Assembly (NCBI GenBank): GCA_963675665.1
Contig: OY776510.1
Span: 5,024,001-5,088,000, forward strand
Reading direction: 5' to 3'
From: Spirochaetia bacterium
Lineage (GTDB): Bacteria > Spirochaetota > Spirochaetia > UBA9216
Length of the DNA stretch: 64,000 nucleotides
Shown here one piece after another: positions 48,943 to 57,779 of the stretch (the stretch's first letter is position 1; every line of letters starts with the position of its first letter). The notes below the pieces were generated by a model. The model saw only the letters and a program-made list of their open reading frames with translations, was not told the DNA's origin and made no database searches. The position numbers and the translations under genes are program-made.

Positions 48943-49974
48943 TTAAAGATCTATTATTACCTTTATCGCCTCATCCGGTTTTTCCATCAGCAGCCTGTAT
49001 CCCTTTTCCCACTCTTCAAATTTAAAATGGTGAGTCCTGAGCTGTTCGAGCTTTATTTCTTTTCTGCTTATTAACTCAACCGCCCTGTAATAATCATCCC
49101 ATGTATACATTAGCGAACCCGTCATTTCAATTTCCTTGTCCTGGACCATTACCATATTGGTTTCCGGCTGATCTTCATAAACGCCGAGGACTATCAGCTG
49201 GCCGCCCCTGTCAATAAGCGATATTGAATTATTTAAAACGGCTTTGTTCCCGACACACTCAAAAACGACTTCGGGAGGATTGTTTCCAAGGATTCTATGA
49301 ATATCACCGATTAAGTCTTCTGTCTTTCCGGGATTTATAACTGTGAAACCGAGCTTTTTCGCAATATCCAGCCTGTTTTCAAGCAGATCCGCCAGGATAA
49401 TTTTCCCGGCCCCTGCATTCCCGGCAACCTGGGCAACCAGATTACCTATTGTGCCCGCGCCGAATACGACGACGTCTTTTCCTTCAATGGAATCCACTTT
49501 ACTTACGGCTCTTACCGCGACGGCCGCCGGTTCAACCATAGCTGCATCGTCGGCGGAAACCCCGTTGGGGATTTTTACAACATGCGCAGCATCAACCTTA
49601 AAGTATTCACTGCCGGCCCCGTGAACAGCGCCTCCGATAAACTGAAGTTTATCGCACTGGGCGACTATCCCTTTTTTACATTTCCTGCATTCCCCGCACC
49701 CGATTGCGGGCTGGACCGTTACCAGATCGCCCTTTTCAAAGCCCTTTACCTCGGAACCCAGTTCTTCAATATAGCCGCTGAACTCATGGCCCTGTACAAG
49801 AGGAAAGCTGACCAGCGGATGTTTCCCCTTATACACATGCAGATCCGAACCGCATATTCCGATCCTTGATATTTTAAGCAGTACTTCATTATCATTAATT
49901 TCCGGTTTCTCTACTTCGCGGTACTTGATTGTTAATTTCTCCGGCATGAAAGCTTGCTTCATTTTAATCTCCAT
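48943..49974 (-). CDS. Zn-dependent (MDR) polyol dehydrogenase
   Basis: GICGSDLH, GHE, CGECRKC...C, GAGTIG. Confidence 0.92.
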   Translation of the reverse strand: MEIKMKQAFMPEKLTIKYREVEKPEINDNEVLLKISRIGICGSDLHVYKGKHPLVSFPLVQGHEFSGYIEELGSEVKGFEKGDLVTVQPAIGCGECRKCKKGIVAQCDKLQFIGGAVHGAGSEYFKVDAAHVVKIPNGVSADDAAMVEPAAVAVRAVSKVDSIEGKDVVVFGAGTIGNLVAQVAGNAGAGKIILADLLENRLDIAKKLGFTVINPGKTEDLIGDIHRILGNNPPEVVFECVGNKAVLNNSISLIDRGGQLIVLGVYEDQPETNMVMVQDKEIEMTGSLMYTWDDYYRAVELISRKEIKLEQLRTHHFKFEEWEKGYRLLMEKPDEAIKVIIDL

Positions 49975-49997
49975 AAAAAAAGGTAAACTGCTTATTT

Positions 49998-51110
49998 TTA
50001 TAAGCTGTCAAAAACAACATCAATTATGCTCTTTATTTCTACAGAAGAATTGAATTTTTCCTTTGCATTTTTAAAGGTTTTAACGGAATTCTGCGAAGAA
50101 GTAACCAGAAGCTCTACGCCGTCGTTTTCAGCCTCTTCAAGCACCTTTTTCGCAATTTCGCAGCCTATTTCAGGATGCGTAAAAAACATTGCCGATCCGG
50201 CCCCGCTGCTTTGCGCCTTTTCCCTGTTGAAATACAATTCGGACAGGCTGCCGGAAACACACATTCCGATAACGTCACGCGGCGCATCAAAAACACCCAG
50301 CTTGCGGCCAAGATAGCTTCCGTCGTGATAAGCTGTCTTCTTGCCGATGTTTTTCTTCAAGGCAAGTTTATTCTCTTTGGCCGCTTTTTCAACAAACTCC
50401 GAAAAATGTATTACCTGAAGGCCCTCCGGGAGAGTAATTCCCCATTCCGGAAAAAGCTCTTTTATAGCGCGAAGGCTTGCGGCGCAGTATGATACTATCA
50501 CCCCGGCGTTACTTTCCTTCAGAGCCCCGGCAAATTTCAGGGCCGAACTTTTTGCCGCTTCGTAATACCCCAGATCATAAAGTTCCATACCGCTGCTGAT
50601 ATCCCTGTCAAAGATTGAAAAATCCGAGCCTTCCTTTTTAAGTATTAAAACAGCCTTGTCAACGGCTTCCTGATCCATTTCGCCGAGGGTGTTGCCCGGA
50701 ATAAACAGGACCCTTGAATTCCCTTTGTCAGCATACTTTGACGCCAGTTTATATTTCTTTTCTCCGTAAATATTGCCTTTTTCAATCAGGTTTTCGGCGG
50801 CTGTTTTAACGGAGGCCGGCACAAGATTCTTTTTAACGATCTCGTCTCTTGCGTCGCGTACCATCTGATCTTCTTTCCAGTCGAAAAAGCAGTCTTCCCT
50901 GCATTCGCCGCCAAGGGTACACTGATAAAAATAATCGGCAATAGTATCGGTCCATTCACGTTTACCTTCATCAATTTCCGACAGGAGTATTCCGTACCCC
51001 TTGGGCGTACAGGATTCAAGTTTTGTAGCAATAAAATGAGGGCTTATATATCTGCACATAAAACAATGCTTGCAAGCCCTTACTGTTTCTCTGGTTTCCG
51101 CTATTCCCAT
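49998..51110 (-). CDS. Fe-S/CCG-domain protein (GlpC/HdrD-like, degenerate)
   Basis: CKHCFMC, CTLGGEC..DC; CCG repeats with Cys replaced by Ser (SSG; YHDG.YLGR; SSGAG). Confidence 0.75.
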   Translation of the reverse strand: MGIAETRETVRACKHCFMCRYISPHFIATKLESCTPKGYGILLSEIDEGKREWTDTIADYFYQCTLGGECREDCFFDWKEDQMVRDARDEIVKKNLVPASVKTAAENLIEKGNIYGEKKYKLASKYADKGNSRVLFIPGNTLGEMDQEAVDKAVLILKKEGSDFSIFDRDISSGMELYDLGYYEAAKSSALKFAGALKESNAGVIVSYCAASLRAIKELFPEWGITLPEGLQVIHFSEFVEKAAKENKLALKKNIGKKTAYHDGSYLGRKLGVFDAPRDVIGMCVSGSLSELYFNREKAQSSGAGSAMFFTHPEIGCEIAKKVLEEAENDGVELLVTSSQNSVKTFKNAKEKFNSSVEIKSIIDVVFDSL

Positions 51111-51112
51111 GG

Positions 51113-52558
51113 TTATTCTCCTAATCCCAATTTTCCAGGATTCATAATATTTGATGGATCAAGAGCCTTTTTAATGTATCTTGCCAGCTCATACCCTTCT
51201 CCGTAGGCCTCTTTCATTAATGAGCCCAGGCGCATTCCGACGCCGTGATGTTCGTTTATTACCCCTCCGTTCTTCAGGGAAGCCCTGACGCAGCCGTTTA
51301 CGATTTTTGTATATATCCTCATGGCAACTTTTTCATCCTGCGGGAAATCCTTCAGAATGAAGGAGGGATAAAAACTTGTTCCCCAATCGTACCAGTGAGA
51401 AAAATGCGCATGAAATTTTGCGTCGTATTCCTTAAAATCTTCTTCAACAACTTTCTTCATTGCCCAGTAACAGTCTTCTATGTTCTCATAGGGAGCTACC
51501 GTATCCATAACAGCCATCATCCACGGAAAATAAATATAATCCTTCGGGGGATAATATGACTGGTACCTGTTCTCCCACCAGAGCTTTGCCGTTTTTTCTC
51601 CAAGGTTTTGGGCCCCCATGTCTGCAAGAATTTTTTCCGCCTCGGCTACAAGCACTTCCACGACCTTTGCATTTCCGTCAAAACCGATAACCAGAACACT
51701 GCCGTCGGCATCAAGCCCGTACTGGTCTTTTAAAATGTGCGCCGTGTCTATTTCATCATAAAGCCTCATTAGACAGGGCGTAAGGCCGCTTGTCATCAGC
51801 TTTCTTCCGGCCTCTATTCCCGTCTTCAGATCCGGAAGCAGATAGGTTCCGAAAGATCTTTTTTCGGGAAGTTCATAGATCTTGCAGACTGCTTCTGTAA
51901 CAATACCGAGAGTTCCCTCAGCCCCGAAGAACAGCCTCGAATAATCAGGCCCGGAAGAGTGCCTGTTTACAGGAAGGCTCTTAAAAACCTTGCCCGTCGG
52001 AAGAACAACCTCGATCTGCCTGACCAGGTCCGTCATCTTCCCGTATTTCGAAGAAAGAACGCCGGTACCGTTGGTTGCAATAAATCCGCCGACTGCCGAA
52101 GTTGTAAACGAAGCCGGAAGGTGGTTCATAGTGTAACCCCTTCGGTTCAAATAAACCTCAAGATCTTTCTGAAGTATTCCGGGTTGAACCCTTACGGTAA
52201 GCGAACGCTCATTAAGTTCAATAATCCGGTCCATTCTTTTCATATCAACAACAATACCGCCGTTGATCGGAAGGGTTCCGCCGACATCGCCGGCCCCTCC
52301 TCCGCGGGGAACAAGCGGGATTTTGTGTTCATTACTGAATTCCACCAGCTTCACAACATCTTCAGTAGTCCGCGGGAAGGCTATTGCCATCGGTTTCGGA
52401 ATATCCAGGTTCTTGTTGTTTAAAAGAAACCTTGTAATCCACCATACATCAAGGGATTGGGCATCAAGCTCAACCTGATCCGTAACGACATTTTCCTCGC
52501 CCAGAATATCCTCAAGTTCGTACTGAAGGTATTGTTCCAAAAATTTTGTTTTGTTCAT
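51113..52558 (-). CDS. FAD-binding oxidoreductase, alkyl-DHAP-synthase (YgcU/AgpS)-like
   Basis: PRGGG, H.PASF, SSKYG, GPD...F.GAEGTLG, HFSHWY..G..FY, EHHGVG, DPSNIMNPGKL. Confidence 0.82.
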   Translation of the reverse strand: MNKTKFLEQYLQYELEDILGEENVVTDQVELDAQSLDVWWITRFLLNNKNLDIPKPMAIAFPRTTEDVVKLVEFSNEHKIPLVPRGGGAGDVGGTLPINGGIVVDMKRMDRIIELNERSLTVRVQPGILQKDLEVYLNRRGYTMNHLPASFTTSAVGGFIATNGTGVLSSKYGKMTDLVRQIEVVLPTGKVFKSLPVNRHSSGPDYSRLFFGAEGTLGIVTEAVCKIYELPEKRSFGTYLLPDLKTGIEAGRKLMTSGLTPCLMRLYDEIDTAHILKDQYGLDADGSVLVIGFDGNAKVVEVLVAEAEKILADMGAQNLGEKTAKLWWENRYQSYYPPKDYIYFPWMMAVMDTVAPYENIEDCYWAMKKVVEEDFKEYDAKFHAHFSHWYDWGTSFYPSFILKDFPQDEKVAMRIYTKIVNGCVRASLKNGGVINEHHGVGMRLGSLMKEAYGEGYELARYIKKALDPSNIMNPGKLGLGE

Positions 52559-52578
52559 AACTTCTCCAAGTAAAATAT

Positions 52579-52737
52579 GGGGATCTCTAAAAACTTCAGT
52601 TAAAAAACTTTAGTTTAAAAACTTTAGTTTTAGAGATCTTCCCTAGATTTAATGGAGTTTAATTATTTTCCGGCAAGGAAATAATTAAACTCCAGGGCAC
52701 CTCTGATAATCCCGGTACAGGGTTATTGGAGGCGCCC
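52579..52737. repeat. Cluster of three palindromes (two REP-like, one AT-rich hairpin)
   Basis: 52579-52644 GGGATCTCTAAAAAC...GTTTTAGAGATCTTCCC with ~3 internal AAAAACTTYAGTT units; 52653-52694 TGGAGTTTAATTATT...AATAATTAAACTCCA; 52694-52737 AGGGCACCTCTGATAATCCC...GGGTTATTGGAGGCGCCC. Confidence 0.8.
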
Positions 52738-52743
52738 ATATTT

Positions 52744-53745
52744 CTATAAACCGCTTGAAACCGGGGCCCATTCAATCGGGATTCCGGCGGAAAGCGCGAT
52801 ATCGCGAAGATTCTCCATTGTTTTAAGTTCATCCTGAATTGAAGGCACCGGAACACCGCCGTTTTTTACAATATCTATAAAATGTCTGAATTCACCTACA
52901 TAGCCGTTAAAAACGTGACTCTGGTTCGGGCTGATTGGGTTCCAGTCGTTTGTCCAGTGCGTTCCGTTCTCAATATCGCAGAACTGCACTTCCCTGGCGT
53001 TTGTTATAATCGCCCTTTTCCCCTTATCACTTAAAACCTCAACCCTTTCAACAAACTGACCCGGACCGCCGTAAGTGCCCCAAGATAAAGTTCCCAAAGC
53101 ATTATTTTCAAATCTTAAAAGGGCCGAGAGCGCTCCGGTTCTGTCGCTGTCTCTGTGTGATATTGCATTTATCTCTTTTATGCTGCCTGCAATTGAAATA
53201 ACAAGATCAAGGTTATGGCACTGCCATTCAAGCATGCATGTGTAAAAGGTCGGAAACACCGTAAAGCCGTGCATCTTGCTGTCTATCTGAATTATATTGC
53301 CGAACTCTTCTGTATTTGATACATGTTCCCTGAGCTTGTTATAGGCAAGCCCGTGTCTCTTCTGGTGGCCCACTTGTACGGGAACTCCCGCAGAAGAAGC
53401 CACATCGCTTATCTGCCTGGTCCCTTCGACATTAATGGCGGCCGGCTTTTCAAGGAATACCGGAAATCCCGCCCTGATTACTTCCGAAGCAACCGCAGGA
53501 TGATGTTTTGCGCCCAAACAGACAAAAACGGCATCAGGTTTAACCTCATCAAGCATTTTATGGAAATCGGTATAAACTTTCTTCCAGCCGTATTTGTCCG
53601 CCAGTCTTTCAGCCCTGTTAATGTCCAGATCGCATACTGCCGCCCTTTCGATATCATCAAAGAAATGCAGAGACAGGCTGGGAAAATGATTCGCTTCAGC
53701 AAATATTCCGGCACCGATAATTGCCAGTTTAAATTTATCACTCAT
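52744..53745 (-). CDS. Gfo/Idh/MocA family oxidoreductase
   Basis: IIGAG, AVCD, FLEKP, VGHQKRH, H.LDL. Confidence 0.9.
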   Translation of the reverse strand: MSDKFKLAIIGAGIFAEANHFPSLSLHFFDDIERAAVCDLDINRAERLADKYGWKKVYTDFHKMLDEVKPDAVFVCLGAKHHPAVASEVIRAGFPVFLEKPAAINVEGTRQISDVASSAGVPVQVGHQKRHGLAYNKLREHVSNTEEFGNIIQIDSKMHGFTVFPTFYTCMLEWQCHNLDLVISIAGSIKEINAISHRDSDRTGALSALLRFENNALGTLSWGTYGGPGQFVERVEVLSDKGKRAIITNAREVQFCDIENGTHWTNDWNPISPNQSHVFNGYVGEFRHFIDIVKNGGVPVPSIQDELKTMENLRDIALSAGIPIEWAPVSSGL

Positions 53746-53761
53746 TTATTTACTCCTAAAG

Positions 53762-53817
53762 TTACACGAGTAGCTACTCGTGTAAATCATTATATTTTGT
53801 ATACTTTTATATGTCAA
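53762..53817 (-). promoter_or_regulatory. Consensus sigma70 promoter with a perfect 24-bp palindromic operator
   Basis: TTGACA (53817-53812)-17-TATAAT (53794-53789), then TTACACGAGTAGCTACTCGTGTAA (53762-53785). Confidence 0.85.
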
Positions 53818-53835
53818 CCATTTTCTGAATAATAA

Positions 53836-55374
53836 TTAAATGCTGTTTTCCAAAGACTCCAGAATCTTAACGGCAGCAGTCTGCGCGCCTTTCATTACCC
53901 CCGCAACCCCGCCTCCGCTTTCGCTTTGCGAGCCGATTAACCACAAATTTTCGACCGGTGTTTTATAGGAAGGATTAGACCTGCCCCGCACAGGAGCAAT
54001 TCCACCGAAAGAATGGTGTTTCTGATATACCATGGTTCTGAAATCGGCAGGGCTCACTATTTCACGCGTTATTGTACCCTCTTTCAGGCCCGGCACAAAT
54101 TTTTCCGCTTCCGCGACAAGCCGATCAGCCAGCGCTTCCTGCCGGTCTTCCCATTCGCCGTCCTGAAGAAAATTCGGGGCAACGGTATAGACTGTAACGG
54201 CATGACAGTTCTCCGGCGCCATTCCGGGGGAATGCATGGACGGAACATAGACAAGAAACCCGGACCGGCCTTCATGGTATTTACCGTTTCTGATTTCATC
54301 CACTGCTTTGCCGATTTCATATGTTCCGTAATAATAACATAATGCGCTTTTCTGTTTCGGGGTATAATTTACTCCCAGATGAACCATAAATACCGATTCC
54401 ATATGAACCTGGTCGCGGATTATTTCCCTGTAATCTGCCGTCAAACAATCAGGCCCAAGCAGATCAGACAGCAATTCCTGAGTTCCGCCGGTATAGATTA
54501 CGATATCGGCTTTTTCCGATACACCGTTAACAACAACCCCTGCAACGCGGCCGCTTTCCACTTCAACGCGGCTAACCGGAGCAGAGGTGCGTATCCGACC
54601 GCCGGCGCTTCGTATACTTTCAATAACCGCCGACACCAGGGTTTCACAGCCGTTACTGATATACCGATATATTGTGCCGCAATCCGAGCTGTTATCGGCA
54701 TCCAGGCCGCGGGCATCAAAAGCGCTTTCAATATTAAAAAAGGGTACACCGAGCGCCGGGAATTCATCCGGTTTCACCATCAAATCAGCAAGGATGCCGG
54801 TAAAAACAGCCCGCAACCCGGGAGAATTAAAAAAATATTTCATCAGCCTGTCGGCGGACCATGATTCATATTTTTTTACGGAAAGATAATTCAAAAGCAA
54901 TAGAACCCGAGCTATTGAAGAACCGGCCTTTCTTCCGACATTTGAACGGCGATTGATTTTCATAATCCGGCACATTCTGCGGTAAAACCTGTAGTAACGC
55001 CTGATTCCGGCTGCCTCGGCGGGGAATTCATTTATCAGAAAATCTCTCCGCCACAGATCGCCGGTATATATATCCGGCTTCCACAGGCTGAAATCCGGAA
55101 ACACTATACCGCGATCAGAAGGGGGCGTCGAAAAAACATCATTAATACCAATCTCGCTGAGAATCCGTGTTCCGCTATCTCCTTTCCCGAACCCGTCAAG
55201 AAGAAGAGGCCCCAGGTCCCAGGAAAAACCGTCTTTGTGCAGTGTTCGCGTAACGCCGCCGGGCTCCGAAAACTGTTCATAAACTACAACCTCATGACCC
55301 GCCCTTGCCATATATGCCGCAGCAGTCAGACCGCTCATTCCGGAACCGATTATTGCAATTTTTTTCTTATCCAT
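53836..55374 (-). CDS. Second phytoene-desaturase (CrtI)-like FAD oxidoreductase
   Basis: IIGSGMSGL, WDLGP, MESVFMVHLG, SPGMAPE, HHSFGG, WLIGSQSESG; paralogue of 44579-46135. Confidence 0.82.
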   Translation of the reverse strand: MDKKKIAIIGSGMSGLTAAAYMARAGHEVVVYEQFSEPGGVTRTLHKDGFSWDLGPLLLDGFGKGDSGTRILSEIGINDVFSTPPSDRGIVFPDFSLWKPDIYTGDLWRRDFLINEFPAEAAGIRRYYRFYRRMCRIMKINRRSNVGRKAGSSIARVLLLLNYLSVKKYESWSADRLMKYFFNSPGLRAVFTGILADLMVKPDEFPALGVPFFNIESAFDARGLDADNSSDCGTIYRYISNGCETLVSAVIESIRSAGGRIRTSAPVSRVEVESGRVAGVVVNGVSEKADIVIYTGGTQELLSDLLGPDCLTADYREIIRDQVHMESVFMVHLGVNYTPKQKSALCYYYGTYEIGKAVDEIRNGKYHEGRSGFLVYVPSMHSPGMAPENCHAVTVYTVAPNFLQDGEWEDRQEALADRLVAEAEKFVPGLKEGTITREIVSPADFRTMVYQKHHSFGGIAPVRGRSNPSYKTPVENLWLIGSQSESGGGVAGVMKGAQTAAVKILESLENSI

Positions 55375-55378
55375 TACA

Positions 55379-56812
55379 TTAAATCCCGATTTCTTCAAGT
55401 TTTTTCCGGTTTTCTGCAGCCTTCTCCGGGGTCAGATTATATGAACGGATAAACAGCAAGGTGCTGCCCAGTACAAGTAGAGCAGGTACAAGGGCGGTAT
55501 GAATCCTTATCCCGACCAGGACCGCCTGCCATCCTTCCGGATTGGCCGCCTGCTGGGCAGCCAATGTCGGCGCCCCTTCCACAAAACCGGTTGCAACATG
55601 GGCAAGAGCAATTACAAGTGCCTTAAACGCTTCCCCAAACCTTACTATAAAAGACTGGAACCCGTAATATATTGATTGCTCTCGTTTTCCGTTTCGGGCG
55701 GCTACATCGTCAAGAACATCTCCCATTGTCGGGGGGTCCATAAACCATTGCCCCCCCAGGCTTATTCCAAATAATGCCAGGCATGCTATCCATTGCCACA
55801 ATTCTGAGGCAAAAAGCATCGGAACAAATGAAACTGCCATAACAAACCCGGCAGATACGCTCATTTTTTTATTATTATTTATTCTCTGGGCGACTGCAGA
55901 CCAGACCGGGGTTGAAACCAGGGCGCCGATTAACATTGCTCCCATAAGAAAAATCAGGGAATCATTTTCAGGATCATCGAGTATATAGGTGACAACATAA
56001 AGAGCTGAAGCATTAATCAGCGCAACAGCTGCCTGGTAACCGAAAAAGAAAAAATACTTGGACCTGACGATTCGATCTGACAAAACCTTCTTTGCTACCT
56101 GGGAAAACGACTGATGGACCTCTTTGGAAACACGCTCGGCCTGAATATACTTTGCTCTCAGTCTTTTATTTTCATAAACTCCCGGCAGAATTAAAATGAA
56201 AAAGAGGAGCCCGCCGAACATGGTAACAAATGCCGCCTGCCTGTAACTTTCAGGACGATTCTGACTAACAATCATTCCTGTTATAACGAAGGCAAGAACA
56301 ATTCCCAGAATTCCCAAAATTGTTCCCCAGGTCTGCACAGCCCTTCGTTCATTCGGTTTTGAAAATTTAACGGGAAACAGAGACGCGCAATTAATATCAA
56401 AAAGAGTAAAAAATGTATCAAATATAACAAGCGATACAATATACCAGGCGAAAAGACTGCCTGTATTGCCGTCGGTTCCCCAGTTCAGGGGCACCAGGAA
56501 AATGCACAGATATGACACCATCCACGGAATTCCGCCAATCAGGATCCAGGGAAATCTTCGAAAATGGCGTTTCTTCTGCCACGGCATTTTCAGCTTTTCC
56601 ATAAGGTAGCCGATTATGGGATCGTTTGCGGCATTCCAGATTGCAAAGATCAGAAACGCGGTCAATGCAAGTTCCGAAGGCAATCCTATTACACTTTCAT
56701 AGTAGAAAAAAGTATACAAACTGAATGCTGAAGTAAACCATTGAGAAAACATCTCTCGCGAACCAAAACTGGCATGAACCAACCGTGAATTATCATAGCC
56801 GTTATTTTTCAA
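55379..56812 (-). CDS. GPH-like MFS transporter (divergent)
   Basis: IWNAANDPIIG, RRFPW, 12-TM pattern; TTG start with RBS GGAGG. Confidence 0.85.
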   Translation of the reverse strand: MKNNGYDNSRLVHASFGSREMFSQWFTSAFSLYTFFYYESVIGLPSELALTAFLIFAIWNAANDPIIGYLMEKLKMPWQKKRHFRRFPWILIGGIPWMVSYLCIFLVPLNWGTDGNTGSLFAWYIVSLVIFDTFFTLFDINCASLFPVKFSKPNERRAVQTWGTILGILGIVLAFVITGMIVSQNRPESYRQAAFVTMFGGLLFFILILPGVYENKRLRAKYIQAERVSKEVHQSFSQVAKKVLSDRIVRSKYFFFFGYQAAVALINASALYVVTYILDDPENDSLIFLMGAMLIGALVSTPVWSAVAQRINNNKKMSVSAGFVMAVSFVPMLFASELWQWIACLALFGISLGGQWFMDPPTMGDVLDDVAARNGKREQSIYYGFQSFIVRFGEAFKALVIALAHVATGFVEGAPTLAAQQAANPEGWQAVLVGIRIHTALVPALLVLGSTLLFIRSYNLTPEKAAENRKKLEEIGI

Positions 56813-56855
56813 TTTCTGCCTCCTTTTTCCAACCTAATTCCGCTGTCGATCATGC

Positions 56856-57767
56856 TTATAATATAATCGGCTGGGACCACGCTTTTTTACCTTCCGGCGA
56901 GACAATTTCCAGCCTTATATATTTTTCATGACCGTCAATTTCATAAACAGCTTCGGTAAGAAGCTGATTCTTCCCGGAATATATCTGCTTTCCAAAACAG
57001 GGACCGGTTATAAACGCTGCGGACACCGAAGGTGAAAACCCGGCAACGATCATTCCTCTTTTATTTTCCCCGTATGATTTTTCCGGATTACCTGGTTCTT
57101 CAATCCTGAAATCAAAAATCTCGGGACCCTGGGTTGAATAAAACATACCCTGCTTCAAAGACTGCATAATACCTGCAATAGTCAGGTTACGGCTTTTCAC
57201 CATAATCCATCCGGCATACCTGTCGTCCATGTAATGAGAATCATCACATGCAATACCTAGTACCGGGCCGGCCCTGTCGAGAAGATCATCCCAATGCGAT
57301 TCTGAAAAAGCCCTGCCCATTTTATCGCAGGCTGTATTAAAGACTTCCATTGCAAAGTAACCTTTCAGCGGCAGTAAATCCGTAACGGTATGCCCAGACC
57401 AGTACGGATGCGCAAGAACCGAAAGACCGCCCTGCCCGGCGACCTCTTTCATTATTTCATTAGGATGTCTTTCTTGTACAGGAATTTTTTTATGAATATT
57501 TATAGCAACAATATGATAAAGGGTTCCTCCGTACGGATTATCAGGATGCAGTTCACTGCCGGGAATTACCAGAAAGTCTTCATCTGAATATCCCGAAACA
57601 GTACTCACCTCATGGTGGTCCGTTATTACCACAAAATCATATTTATGCTGTTTATAAGCTTCAACACAGTCTGATATCGAAAAAGAGCCGTCTGATACGG
57701 TACTGTGAATGTGAGTATTTCCGCGATACCATTTTCCGTCTTCTTTGAAAGGATTATTATATTTCAT
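56856..57767 (-). CDS. PHP-family (CehA/McbA-like) metallohydrolase
   Basis: WYRGNTHIHSTVSDG, ITDH, AHPYWS, DDSH, AWSQP. Confidence 0.85.
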   Translation of the reverse strand: MKYNNPFKEDGKWYRGNTHIHSTVSDGSFSISDCVEAYKQHKYDFVVITDHHEVSTVSGYSDEDFLVIPGSELHPDNPYGGTLYHIVAINIHKKIPVQERHPNEIMKEVAGQGGLSVLAHPYWSGHTVTDLLPLKGYFAMEVFNTACDKMGRAFSESHWDDLLDRAGPVLGIACDDSHYMDDRYAGWIMVKSRNLTIAGIMQSLKQGMFYSTQGPEIFDFRIEEPGNPEKSYGENKRGMIVAGFSPSVSAAFITGPCFGKQIYSGKNQLLTEAVYEIDGHEKYIRLEIVSPEGKKAWSQPIIL

Positions 57768-57779
57768 TGTATTTTAAAA

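Noticed and set aside
52588-52632. Short tandem AAAAACTTYAGTT units as a CRISPR array
   Set aside because: Units are ~14 bp with no spacers and no cas genes; they form the loop of a palindrome
44579-55374. Carotenoid biosynthesis cluster
   Set aside because: No phytoene synthase, GGPP synthase or cyclase; the context is uptake and catabolism
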